From a virus (lineage: Duplodnaviria; Caudoviricetes), in the IMG/VR virus record IMGVR_UViG_3300030329_003381, positions 1 to 54,982 of that record: 54,982 bases of DNA; one strand, 5' to 3'. The number at the start of each line of letters is the position of its first letter. Position 1 is the stretch's first letter. A program made the translations under genes and the position numbers. Positions 30,177 to 39,753 of this stretch are shown here, piece by piece. The notes under the pieces were generated by a model. That model was not told the origin of the DNA and made no database searches. It saw only the letters and a list, made by a program, of their open reading frames with translations.

Positions 30177-30310
30177 CTTCTTCTACCTTCTTTTCCTGAG
30201 CTGCTATTACTTCATCCACACTAATAGCTGTGCACGAATGCGTAACAGTATCTATAACGTACCAATAATCGTCTGTAGTTATATACATCTTACCTTCTTT
30301 TACTTCAAAC

Positions 30311-31123
30311 TTACAATCCATTTAAATCAAAATCTCCTTCACCAAAACTATACAAACAATCATTCGAATATTTACACCAACCACATAATGGACTCAAGTT
30401 CTTCTCGAACGGTCCTTTTGCTTTAATTTTTTTCACCAATTTATTATATTGATTCTCAACTGCCTTTAATGACATTGAATGGAATCTTTCAACATGATAT
30501 TGTTTTAGCATTGGATTTATACAAGCCCAATGTGTTACAGGTAAATCATACATCTTAAGTTTGTTAAGGATAATTGCATACCACCCTGTTTCCGCTCTTA
30601 GACTCGTCAAGGTCCTATCTTTGGACAAATTATAAGAACGTCCAGTCTTATATTCCACAACACATAAGGCTTTCTCTGCTGGTAAATAATCTAACCTATC
30701 AACATGCCCTGTTCGTGGATACTCACCAGGCAAGTTAACATATAGCTCTGTTGCTACTGGCATGTAAACTTTGTCTAGCTCTTTCTCGTATGCCGTCTTT
30801 GCCATGATAAATCGTCTAGCCTCAAATTCAGCAAAGTAATCAAACCAATCGTCAATGCGTTCATTGTCAGGCAGCCGAGTTCGAATATATTTAACTAGAT
30901 CCTGTTCACTATCAAGTCTCCTCATCTCCTCAAGATCTATTTTTGGAAAGAAATCATCACATCCTACATGGAAGATTTGACCTTTTCCAGTAGGGGTTTT
31001 ATCATCAACTATCGGTTGAACATAAGCATCATAATCTGGGTCACGGAAAAAGAAATACTCGAATTGTTTCTCACAATGCTTAAACATCATGAATGCAGTC
31101 TTTCTAATCTTTTTGTTTTCCAT
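30311..31123 (-). CDS. Cas4/RecB-like PD-(D/E)xK exonuclease
   Basis: GHVDRLD..VVEYKTG; one N-terminal Cys plus CGWC....C (Fe-S cluster pattern). Confidence 0.85.
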   Translation of the reverse strand: MENKKIRKTAFMMFKHCEKQFEYFFFRDPDYDAYVQPIVDDKTPTGKGQIFHVGCDDFFPKIDLEEMRRLDSEQDLVKYIRTRLPDNERIDDWFDYFAEFEARRFIMAKTAYEKELDKVYMPVATELYVNLPGEYPRTGHVDRLDYLPAEKALCVVEYKTGRSYNLSKDRTLTSLRAETGWYAIILNKLKMYDLPVTHWACINPMLKQYHVERFHSMSLKAVENQYNKLVKKIKAKGPFEKNLSPLCGWCKYSNDCLYSFGEGDFDLNGL

Positions 31124-31358
31124 TTCTAATCCTCGAGTAGATTAACATACCAATATTTATCATAGGTATCACTTCAATCAAATCTACACCATACAGGAAG
31201 AAATCTAATACTGGATGTACATGAGAAATTATACCCAGTTCTAAATAAAGATCTGCGTTCCATATCATATGTGGTATTTGGATATAAATGATAATCGCAG
31301 TTAATAATAATGATTCTGTTATATGTGAATCATACCATTGCCAGAATCTATTCCACAT
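31104..31358 (-). CDS. small membrane protein resembling a Nitrososphaerota family
   Basis: MWNRFWQWY..H.TES..QIPHMIW..D.IE.IP; family assignment from recall. Confidence 0.6.
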   Translation of the reverse strand: MWNRFWQWYDSHITESLLLTAIIIYIQIPHMIWNADLYLELGIISHVHPVLDFFLYGVDLIEVIPMINIGMLIYSRIRNGKQKD

Positions 31359-31462
31359 CTTTACCTACCTCTTTTCCACAAGTCCTACAATAAAATTTAA
31401 ATTCCTTAAAGAATAAATTAGGATGGTTACATATCCAAGCTCTTTCATGGAATTCGTCTACA

Positions 31463-31639
31463 TCACTCATCTTCACCTGCCTCCTTTGCTTCATCTGCTT
31501 TAGCTAAAGCCATTGCTGATAATTTAATAAAAGTGTTCCTTTCATCTTGATTTGGATTATTTTGTTTAGCAAACGCTCGTTCATACCAATTAAGTATGTT
31601 TTGGTAATCCTTTACTGTTAATGTTATATCCATACTCAT
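31463..31639 (-). CDS. 58-aa hypothetical protein
   Basis: MSMDITLTVKDYQNILNWYERAFAK..TFIKLSAMA; overlaps the polB stop; below the cutoff. Confidence 0.55.
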   Translation of the reverse strand: MSMDITLTVKDYQNILNWYERAFAKQNNPNQDERNTFIKLSAMALAKADEAKEAGEDE

Positions 31640-33999
31640 TTAAACCATTGATCCAATTGTTGTTCTCCATCTATTACTACTCTCCAATGATATCCCATTG
31701 CATCAAGAATAGGTTCGAATTTCTTCTTCACTATCTTCTCAAACATAATACCAAAGTCTATTTCAACTTCTGGAGGCAATTTATGATGTTCTTGTATGCA
31801 AATAACATCTGTGGGCATTAATGGTGAACTGACCCTTTTGACATATAATAATCTTGGGGCAGCTGATTCATCATACCTCCACCCTAGAGTTTTTCCATAT
31901 TCCATTCCTCTCCACCAAGGCGAAGATTCATTCGCAGTGTGTATCTGTCTCGGCACCGCTATCTCATACGGATTAACGTCCTCAAATTTATTTTTTATAT
32001 TTTTTATCAAAGCCAGAGCTCCGCTTTCGTTGTCGTCGATCAACCAAACCTTAAAGAAATGTTCCATAGTATGCTTTAATATATCAGGAGTATCACTACG
32101 TCTTGTTTCGAATCCTTTAACGTACACTTCATTAGTCTTAGTTCCTTCTGACCAAGTCATCTTTGCAGCATACTTTTTCTTAACAGGTACCCATTTACCT
32201 TTACTTATCTTTCTTCTCTTAAAGGCAATCTTATCAAAGAACTTTTCAAACTTTACGTCAATCTCGCTTCCTGTAACTCCCATAGACTTTAGCTTAGTAT
32301 CTAAATATTCATGTATCAAATCTTTAACTATAAATCCACCATCGAGATTTTTACAGTTCACAAATACACTATCTGTATCTCCATATTCTACAGGATAACC
32401 TTTGGTTTTTAAATGCTCAGCAAGCCCATTAATAACCATTCTTCCAACTGCTGTAATTGCATTCGCACAATCGGGATCAAATAATCTGAATCGTGGAAAG
32501 GCCATGACGCCGTAGAAGCTAGTAATAATGAATTTATCAGCGGTATCTTCCTCCTCTAATGCTTTGTATTGTGGTGAGTCATGTCCAAATTCTTTTTCAG
32601 CAGCACGCTTTCTTTCTCTTACTCTCTCTCTCAGAGCTCTGAATTCAGTAATGGTTTCTGGCATAATTCCTTTTTGGATTTTAGGATCAAGAAACCTATA
32701 TTCATTTCCTTTTTCATCGTTAATCACAATTGTTCCTTCTTTGTTTTTTGTCTCAGGCGATATATTAAAGCCCGCAATAATGCTAGGATATAGAGCTGCT
32801 GCGTCAAATACTCCAATGTTGTAGTGAGTACCTGGTGACGGCAATAATACCATGCCTCCTTTAACATCTCTTTCAATTTCTCCTCTAGGTTTACTTGGTA
32901 GTATTCGATTACCTCGTCTTAATAAGATCGCATGGTCAATTATTTGTTCTTTAGAAGTCGTCTGAGGTAATGTGCAACCACTTAATTTAGCAACAGCTAA
33001 TGCTTGTTCTATTAATTTCTCTTTGACTATAATATTCTTTTCATTCTCAACATCAGTCTGACAATAATTAATAACTATATTTGGATCTTTTTCCCATGTA
33101 GCTTTAATTTTATCTCCATAATCTTCCCACTCTACATCTAGTTCTTTTTTAGCTACCGCATGCAAGTTATAACTATTCATCTGACCTGATGGATTCTTTT
33201 TAACCTTATATGCAGCCAAGGCATCAAAGATTATCCTACCTGCTATTTGAAATTTATGATGTACTTTTTTATCTGGAGCAGTCCAATGTCTTATTTCAGC
33301 TTTGTGTACAGGTGATAATGCATTCTTATCAATGCCAAGGTGGTCCATTCTAGCCATAATCCAACTAGCGTCATAGTCAACATTCCAACCTGTAATAATG
33401 TCTGGATCATGTTTCTTTAATAAGTTTAAAAACTCTTTCCACATTTCTTTCTCATTTGTTCCATTTGTAGAGAAAGTATATTGTTTATCTTCATAGCTAT
33501 CCCAAACAATCACACAAGCAGTTTGATATTGTGGTGTTTCCCAAGTTGGTACTATATCTGGTGTAGATATAACTTCAACGTCAACTACCCAAGTTCTTAA
33601 TTCAATATCAGTTGCATCTGCTGGTACGATTCTATTATATTCATTTAATTCAAAACCATCAGTAATACCTAGTTCTATTAACTTGCATTCAGGCCAATGA
33701 ATATCTGCTTCATGATGAGGTAATCCATCTCTAAGATCAATTACGTCACCTGGCATTTTAGAAGTAATCTTCCATAAAGGTTTTCCATAGATACTAGTGT
33801 ATCCTGATTCAACTTTTTTAACTTTCTTTTGTAAATCTAAATTATAATCTGGTTCTGTAGCAGACCAAAAGTAACTTGTTAATCCTTCTTGTCTAATACT
33901 ATAACGTTTTCCGTCATCTCCTCTAGCAAAGACAAGGAGAATAGGTTTATAATTTCCTCTCTCGTATAATTGGATTGCGTCAATTTTACGGTAGCGCAT
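31636..33999 (-). CDS. polB: family B DNA polymerase
   Basis: Exo I VVDVE, Exo II GWNVDYD, Exo III YCQTD; polymerase motifs DAAALYPS, KFIITSFYG, YGDTDS; C-terminal PIP-like QQLDQWF. Confidence 0.97.
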   Translation of the reverse strand: MRYRKIDAIQLYERGNYKPILLVFARGDDGKRYSIRQEGLTSYFWSATEPDYNLDLQKKVKKVESGYTSIYGKPLWKITSKMPGDVIDLRDGLPHHEADIHWPECKLIELGITDGFELNEYNRIVPADATDIELRTWVVDVEVISTPDIVPTWETPQYQTACVIVWDSYEDKQYTFSTNGTNEKEMWKEFLNLLKKHDPDIITGWNVDYDASWIMARMDHLGIDKNALSPVHKAEIRHWTAPDKKVHHKFQIAGRIIFDALAAYKVKKNPSGQMNSYNLHAVAKKELDVEWEDYGDKIKATWEKDPNIVINYCQTDVENEKNIIVKEKLIEQALAVAKLSGCTLPQTTSKEQIIDHAILLRRGNRILPSKPRGEIERDVKGGMVLLPSPGTHYNIGVFDAAALYPSIIAGFNISPETKNKEGTIVINDEKGNEYRFLDPKIQKGIMPETITEFRALRERVRERKRAAEKEFGHDSPQYKALEEEDTADKFIITSFYGVMAFPRFRLFDPDCANAITAVGRMVINGLAEHLKTKGYPVEYGDTDSVFVNCKNLDGGFIVKDLIHEYLDTKLKSMGVTGSEIDVKFEKFFDKIAFKRRKISKGKWVPVKKKYAAKMTWSEGTKTNEVYVKGFETRRSDTPDILKHTMEHFFKVWLIDDNESGALALIKNIKNKFEDVNPYEIAVPRQIHTANESSPWWRGMEYGKTLGWRYDESAAPRLLYVKRVSSPLMPTDVICIQEHHKLPPEVEIDFGIMFEKIVKKKFEPILDAMGYHWRVVIDGEQQLDQWFK

Positions 34000-34228
34000 G
34001 ATCGACCATTCCGTTACTCATCTTGACATACTTTTTATTTTCAATGGCAGCTGATAGAGCAATAGCATATTCGATAAATTCATCAACAAATACTTCTGCA
34101 ACAACTTGGTCTTCATTTATTAATTTAAGTATAGGCCCCATATGTGGATCATATTTCCATTCCTTGTGAGTATAATAAATACTTTCAGTTTGAGTTTCTC
34201 TATGAGGATCTCCGTGATCAATTACCAT
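33986..34228 (-). CDS. hypothetical protein
   Basis: 80-aa ORF overlapping both neighbours. Confidence 0.5.
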   Translation of the reverse strand: MVIDHGDPHRETQTESIYYTHKEWKYDPHMGPILKLINEDQVVAEVFVDEFIEYAIALSAAIENKKYVKMSNGMVDHALP

Positions 34229-34674
34229 TCTTCTGTCTCCTCATTCCATTCCCATGGAAATTGTACCCATGAATTTGTCTCTGTGGTCTGTCCAGCATAT
34301 TCAGGACTGTGGGCTGAAGTATGTGACTTGTGAACCAATACTGCTGTTGCAAATTCATATTCATCATTCTTATCCATTATTAATAATGTTCTCATTACAT
34401 TATTAAGTGTTTCACCTGAATCGGCAATATCATCAACTATTAATATTTTCCTATCTAGTATTGGTAAATCATAATGTAAAGGATAGGAATTGTTCATTTT
34501 AATAGTATCGATTGTTTTCATATTAAACTTTTTGGCAAGCATTAAAGCTGGTGTCAATCCGCCCATCTGAATACCAATTATCTTATGAGGTATCCAACCT
34601 TGATCGAGTAGTTGTTCGTAGATATAATTAATACCGTCTTTTACATCTGCTTCTGTTAGTGCTAATATGTTCAT
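34222..34674 (-). CDS. type I phosphoribosyltransferase (purine PRTase-like)
   Basis: IIGIQMGGLTPA, PRPP loop ILIVDDIADSGETL, C-terminal WVQFPWE. Confidence 0.92.
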   Translation of the reverse strand: MNILALTEADVKDGINYIYEQLLDQGWIPHKIIGIQMGGLTPALMLAKKFNMKTIDTIKMNNSYPLHYDLPILDRKILIVDDIADSGETLNNVMRTLLIMDKNDEYEFATAVLVHKSHTSAHSPEYAGQTTETNSWVQFPWEWNEETEEW

Positions 34675-35414
34675 TTCTTTTTCAACTTGCTCTCTATTCC
34701 TAGTTTAAATCCTTTAACATGGTAATTTAATGATTGTACATCTAAAGGAAATTGTGTAAAGTAATAACCTAATTGATCTTGGAACTCTGTTGCGTATGTT
34801 ATCTTAACTGGATATTTTGTATCCATACTAACTAGTTTCCATGGTTTAGAATGGAATGTAGCTAATTCTTGCAAGTTAACAAAGCCCAAGAAATGTACCT
34901 TCTTAAACTTTTTATTAGCACCTTCCCATAATTCATCAGCAGCTTTAATTCTATCTTTCCAAAAACCTACGTGCTTTGGAATACAAACAATATCAACTGC
35001 TTTACTATAATCATCCATTACAGCATTGTAACATTCTATCAAGTCATCCATTGTTCCTCCTTGTGGAGCAAACATTAATTTAGGTCTATTATCTAATTGT
35101 ACCAAATCTGGAATAAAATCTCTAGCTAGACTAATACTTTTATTTACACTACCCATAACATCAGGTATTACTGCCCAAGTAGGTTCGAGTATACTTATAA
35201 TATCCATATAATCTTGACTATCCATAGATGCACCAAATTCCCAAGCACCATTATCTAACATTATCTGGCGTCCATTCTTTTGTAAATTATCCATAGCTGC
35301 CATATACTTTCTACCAGTTTCATCTTGGCGATTTAATAATGGTGCTAAACAAAATGTAATATCTCCTACATCCAAGTCCGAATACTTTACAGGTAGATCA
35401 ATTGCTAATTTCAT
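34671..35414 (-). CDS. TGT-fold transglycosylase, DpdA-like
   Basis: TGT motifs in order: IMLDNGAW, VIPDV, FAPQGG, VHFLG, SMDT; queCDE/folE in the same genome. Confidence 0.7.
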   Translation of the reverse strand: MKLAIDLPVKYSDLDVGDITFCLAPLLNRQDETGRKYMAAMDNLQKNGRQIMLDNGAWEFGASMDSQDYMDIISILEPTWAVIPDVMGSVNKSISLARDFIPDLVQLDNRPKLMFAPQGGTMDDLIECYNAVMDDYSKAVDIVCIPKHVGFWKDRIKAADELWEGANKKFKKVHFLGFVNLQELATFHSKPWKLVSMDTKYPVKITYATEFQDQLGYYFTQFPLDVQSLNYHVKGFKLGIESKLKKK

Positions 35415-35719
35415 CTATAGTACCTTTTATCTACTTCTAATAACTTATTGTACATTTCTTTTCCATAGTCAGTGGCTTTGTAAAAGTTTACATACGTATC
35501 TAATCGTTTAATATATTCTGTATCAACCATTACCATATTGGCTTTAATTAATTTTCTAAGATGATAGTTCATAACACCTCTAGTTTTATGTGCTAGGTAT
35601 CTTTCCATACGTGCATAATTTACTCCATCTTTGTTACTGAGTAAATATTCTAATAATCGAACAGACTTTTCATCTTGTAATGTGTGTCCTACTAGTGCGA
35701 GTCTATCTATTCGTTTCAT
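35411..35719 (-). CDS. winged-helix (ArsR-like) regulator
   Basis: LLEYL..MNYHLRKLIKANMV..FYKATDYG. Confidence 0.75.
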   Translation of the reverse strand: MKRIDRLALVGHTLQDEKSVRLLEYLLSNKDGVNYARMERYLAHKTRGVMNYHLRKLIKANMVMVDTEYIKRLDTYVNFYKATDYGKEMYNKLLEVDKRYYR

Positions 35720-35721
35720 AA

Positions 35722-35740
35722 TTAAAAAAAAAGGGGAAGG
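35722..35740 (-). terminator. oligo-T terminator
   Basis: CCTTCCCCTTTTTTTTT on the - strand after the Sak4-like gene. Confidence 0.5.
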
Positions 35741-36616
35741 TTAAACACCAAATACCTCTTTCGGAACTTCGCCTTCAAGACTTTTCTTCAATGAATCGAA
35801 TGTGATATCTTCAACTTGTAAATTATTTACAGAATTGAATCGACATTTTTCAATCGTACCCATTCTCTTCACTTGCATCTTGGCAGTTGCTTTTCCGCCT
35901 TCCATTATAGGCATTGGTCGTTTCTCTACGTGAACACTTATGTCCACATAGTATGTGCTTTCACCTTGAGCTTTAGCTTTTGTTTGATTAGTCAAGTTCC
36001 CACTTGCATCATAAACAGCACCACTTCTACTGGTAAATACTACATGACAAGGTCGTGAGAGTAATCTCATAACTAGCCATCTATATTTAGCATTAGCATG
36101 TTGCCATTCAGTTCGCATCATAAATTCCTTTCCTGACGATTTGCTTACTTTTGTAGCTGCATTGTAATGTAACCACAAACCTAACCAAGACCAAATATCA
36201 CTGATTGAATCAACAATAATTGTTCCGCCTTCGACATCTTTTAATGCTTCTGTAGCTAATTCTACTTTCTCTAATGATCTAATTGGATCAATAGCAAAAG
36301 GATCCTCATCTGTTGCGCCGCCACTCTTTTGTGGTTTGTCAGTATAAGGTTCACTACATTCCATTATTCGAATGTCTTTATCTGGGAAATGATGTTGCAA
36401 TTGGGAGACTCCAAACTCTGTAGAAATTACATAGATTGGCTCAGGGAAACTGAGACCAAAATATGTTTTACCTACTTCCTGTTCGCCCCAAACTAAAACC
36501 TTTAATCCTCTACGAGAATTGGTTTCAGTAATAGGTTTAAACAGAGCATCTACTTTAGATGCTGTGCTGTCAGCTGCCTTAGCTTTATCGGCTTTATTCA
36601 TATCGCTCATTGACAT
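35741..36616 (-). CDS. Sak4/AAA_24-like P-loop ATPase (recombinase)
   Basis: KVLVWGEQEVGKT, ISTEFG, TIIVDSIS, HVVFTS, IEKCR. Confidence 0.8.
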   Translation of the reverse strand: MSMSDMNKADKAKAADSTASKVDALFKPITETNSRRGLKVLVWGEQEVGKTYFGLSFPEPIYVISTEFGVSQLQHHFPDKDIRIMECSEPYTDKPQKSGGATDEDPFAIDPIRSLEKVELATEALKDVEGGTIIVDSISDIWSWLGLWLHYNAATKVSKSSGKEFMMRTEWQHANAKYRWLVMRLLSRPCHVVFTSRSGAVYDASGNLTNQTKAKAQGESTYYVDISVHVEKRPMPIMEGGKATAKMQVKRMGTIEKCRFNSVNNLQVEDITFDSLKKSLEGEVPKEVFGV

Positions 36617-36618
36617 TT

Positions 36619-36816
36619 TTATATGATGCCCTTGTACGCCATATGCGGACAGATTGTCTGAGGAATAAATTCTCCATTATCGTCTTTTCTGAATGCTTGT
36701 ATATCTTGATCGCAAACAAAACAATGAAACAATAAATGCGTCTCCGCAGTTGCTTTTCGTTTTGCTTTTACAACTCCGTCTTTTACGGATTTTGTAAGTT
36801 TTTTTGCGTTCGCCAT
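36619..36816 (-). CDS. small Zn-binding protein
   Basis: CFVC...CPH. Confidence 0.5.
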   Translation of the reverse strand: MANAKKLTKSVKDGVVKAKRKATAETHLLFHCFVCDQDIQAFRKDDNGEFIPQTICPHMAYKGII

Positions 36817-36835
36817 GTATACAACAGATCCAGAT

Positions 36836-37870
36836 CTACGAGAGGAGTTCCTCGTCCGCCGGTGTAGCTAAGCCAGGAACTGGAAATACGCCGAGAGCAT
36901 TTAATGCAATCATATCTTCGTCAGTTTGTTGTTTGGCTTCTCTGTCATACTTTTTTGCTAATTGTGTTCTTGCGAATACAGTTACAACAGAACCTTTACC
37001 AAAGTTGGTATGGCCTCTGAGTGTTTTTGGTACCCAACAGGTTACACTATCAGCATCCAAGGACAAAGTCTCGTCATTCAACACGAGAAGATCACTACTG
37101 GCTTTCTCACTTTCAATGCGTCTTAGCACATCAACAGTACCTTCAGTTACCACAAAAGCTTCGTAATCGCCACGGTTGGACTCATGATAACTGATATCAA
37201 TTTCCCCCAGTGGTTTAAACTTATCTGCAAATGCAGATGAGATTATCTCCTGGACATTCGCATCTGATTCGAGTGGTCTGAAAGCTGTGACTGATGATGA
37301 TCTAAGATCATAAAAGTCTTCGCCAGTTTCGCCTAATGCTCTGAATTCTACTTCTTGGAAATATGGCAAGTCAGTTTTGGCAATGTCACCACGTAATTGT
37401 ATTTTACCTGGTACCCATTTATCGTCGCCTGCTTTTTTAACTGCCATAATTACTCTTCTAACGAACAAAGTAGCTGGCTGATCTTGACCGTATCGTGGGT
37501 TTGGTTTACCTGCGATCTCTTTACGACTGTCAGTTAAGACTAGTTCGTTGGTGTCTGCATCTAGTCTAGCTCTCTTGCTATCTAGTACACCTTGTGGATC
37601 TGATTGGTATTCTTCTACGACTTTGGCTTTGATAGCTGCCATCATATCTCTTGGTTCATCTGCACCCACAATGATTGCGCGAAATGCAATTGCTGGTGAA
37701 CGTAGATTTGATTGAATCTCGCTCTTAAGTAATTGCAAAGTACGTTTATCCTTTTGTGCTTCTGGTACTGATGAAGGCAAAGTTGCGAAAATATCTTTGT
37801 ATTTTGCTTCCAAGTCTTCCAAGGATTGTCCGGATTTAGTAGCCCAAGCTTCTAGTTTCTTAGTATCCAT
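36836..37870 (-). CDS. putative ssDNA-binding (RPA-like OB-fold) protein
   Basis: OB-like strands (FVVTEGTVD..LLVLND..VTCWVP..GSVVTVFART); next to the Sak4-like gene; AGGAGG before ATG 37870 (track start 37909). Confidence 0.55.
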   Translation of the reverse strand: MDTKKLEAWATKSGQSLEDLEAKYKDIFATLPSSVPEAQKDKRTLQLLKSEIQSNLRSPAIAFRAIIVGADEPRDMMAAIKAKVVEEYQSDPQGVLDSKRARLDADTNELVLTDSRKEIAGKPNPRYGQDQPATLFVRRVIMAVKKAGDDKWVPGKIQLRGDIAKTDLPYFQEVEFRALGETGEDFYDLRSSSVTAFRPLESDANVQEIISSAFADKFKPLGEIDISYHESNRGDYEAFVVTEGTVDVLRRIESEKASSDLLVLNDETLSLDADSVTCWVPKTLRGHTNFGKGSVVTVFARTQLAKKYDREAKQQTDEDMIALNALGVFPVPGLATPADEELLS

Positions 37871-37871
37871 T

Positions 37872-38165
37872 TCAGCATTCCTCCTTACTGGTATCAGATT
37901 GTAATTCATCTGATGTTTTCTTATCTTCCGATTGTATTCTATACCACGTATTGTTTATATGTATAGCTTTAATGTCGCAAACTAGTTGGCAATTCATCGT
38001 CCGTCCACTAGCCCCTATAGGGATTTTTCCTAACTGTTTCTCTAACTGATCCAACATAAATTTAGGAATAGAAATTTGTCTATTTCTTCTAAGTCTGGCT
38101 TCAAATCTTATTTTGTTCAAGTCAGATTTTATTTCGTTTGGTGAATCTTCAAATACCCATTTCAT
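37872..38165 (-). CDS. AbrB/SpoVT-like DNA-binding protein
   Basis: ARLRRNRQISIPKFMLDQL. Confidence 0.5.
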   Translation of the reverse strand: MKWVFEDSPNEIKSDLNKIRFEARLRRNRQISIPKFMLDQLEKQLGKIPIGASGRTMNCQLVCDIKAIHINNTWYRIQSEDKKTSDELQSDTSKEEC

Positions 38166-38429
38166 AATAATAACTTTAACCTTTGTAATATCTTAACATA
38201 TTTTGGACAGATACATTGTTTCAGCCCTTCGCCACATGATATACAAATTCTTACTTTGCCAACCATTCTATATATTTTATTAGCCCAAAGACCATCCATC
38301 GTCTGTCTTTATGTTCGTTAAGTAAGAATGCAACTGTATTAACAGGACAAGTTCCTATATAGCAATCTGCGTGGTCAGAGGTGCATCTTTTTTCATGAGC
38401 ATTCCTAAGCAGTGTTTCTAAATTATCCA

Positions 38430-38729
38430 TTATCTGTCGTCCGGTTCGTAGTCTTCTTCGGCTTCTCGGACGTCGAAAAATTGACGACAATCGCATTTTG
38501 CATCATCACATGATTCATATGCAAACTCTTCCTCGTCATTTCGAATGTTCAGTTTCTCTACAAGAGCCCTGTCTTCTTTATTCTGGGCATCATAATGATC
38601 TTCCCAGTAATGTCCACAGACACATCTAACATCACTGTCACCATAATAGGCATCAATCATACTATCAGTGACGCCAGGTGGTAGCCAGCTAGACATAACT
38701 CCACTTCCTAGTTTTAAAACATTTCTCAC
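38430..38729 (-). CDS. small CxCGH Zn-binding protein
   Basis: CVCGH...H...C....CDC..F; likely start at ATG 38696. Confidence 0.55.
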   Translation of the reverse strand: MRNVLKLGSGVMSSWLPPGVTDSMIDAYYGDSDVRCVCGHYWEDHYDAQNKEDRALVEKLNIRNDEEEFAYESCDDAKCDCRQFFDVREAEEDYEPDDR

Positions 38730-38853
38730 ACATTCTCATTCCTACCTTTAAACATTCTATCCAAGATTGTTCTTCTTTGCAACTTTCGCATAGTGTCATA
38801 AGTCCCACTCGTCTCTATAACTAAATTCTTTAACTCTAACTCTTAACACATCT

Positions 38854-39090
38854 CTACACCTCTATCTCTGGGTTAATAGCCCAATATACCCTACCGCGTA
38901 TTCTTTTTCGAATCACTTCATCTTTTTCCAAGTGTCGCAATAAACGTTGACGAGCACTAGGATGTGATATGTGAAGTAAAGCAGCAATCTCTTTTGTTGT
39001 ATAAGCAGTTTCAGGTTGCATATAAGCCATAACTGGTTTATTTTCGCTAATTTCACTACCTTGTTCGAATTCATCTATACTAATAGGCAT
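38854..39090 (-). CDS. winged-helix protein
   Basis: AYTTKEIA..SARQRLLR..RGRVYW. Confidence 0.75.
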   Translation of the reverse strand: MPISIDEFEQGSEISENKPVMAYMQPETAYTTKEIAALLHISHPSARQRLLRHLEKDEVIRKRIRGRVYWAINPEIEV

Positions 39091-39217
39091 TATTGTTCCT
39101 CCAATAGTTGTTTACATTTCTTACATAGAAGATTATTATGGTAAAGTACTACTTGCTCTTTGCAATTTCTTAAATGCCATAACAATTCCCAATCATTAAC
39201 TGGTTCCCAGTTAAATT

Positions 39218-39571
39218 CTATTCCTCGAATTTGAACCAATCACTTGTCTCCATCATCATTAAATCTTGAAATGTTCCACAATCCATAATTTCCATACTTA
39301 ATTGTTCTAAAGTTTCTATAACTGGTTTTAAATCTGCTTCAGCCTCTGGACTTGCTGCAGATACTTTTTTTAATTTCTTAATCATACTGTCTAATTCACC
39401 TGTACGATCATCTCCACCCGAACATTGATCTTCCATCTTTTGTTGTAAATCTTCAACAAAGTATTTAGCATCTTCTAAATTATCTTCTATCTCATCATAT
39501 TGGTTTTCTGTTAATATCCTTTCCATCTTTTTTGCGCCTCTGGTTTGTCTGGGTATTGTTTTACTTTCCAA
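39218..39571 (-). CDS. acidic helical protein
   Basis: D/E-rich ORF; true start may be the later Met (MERILTEN). Confidence 0.5.
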   Translation of the reverse strand: MESKTIPRQTRGAKKMERILTENQYDEIEDNLEDAKYFVEDLQQKMEDQCSGGDDRTGELDSMIKKLKKVSAASPEAEADLKPVIETLEQLSMEIMDCGTFQDLMMMETSDWFKFEE

Positions 39572-39753
39572 TAAAACTCTCCATTATCGTTAACCTTCTT
39601 TTCAAGATAACCTGCACTTTCCAGTCTATGTAATTGTTTAAGTACACTACATCGTTGATTGCCTTTAAGTTCAACTAATTCTAATGTACTATAGGCTTTA
39701 TGCAAACCCATTTTACGAAGTAATCGATATGTTTCGATTAGTATTTTCATCAT
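39511..39753 (-). CDS. winged-helix protein
   Basis: AYSTLEL..VLKQLHRLESAGYLEK..GEFYW. Confidence 0.75.
   Translation of the reverse strand: MMKILIETYRLLRKMGLHKAYSTLELVELKGNQRCSVLKQLHRLESAGYLEKKVNDNGEFYWKVKQYPDKPEAQKRWKGY

Noticed and set aside
30311-31123. CRISPR-Cas system implied by the Cas4-like gene
   Set aside because: No array or other cas genes; solo Cas4-like nucleases are common in archaeal viruses
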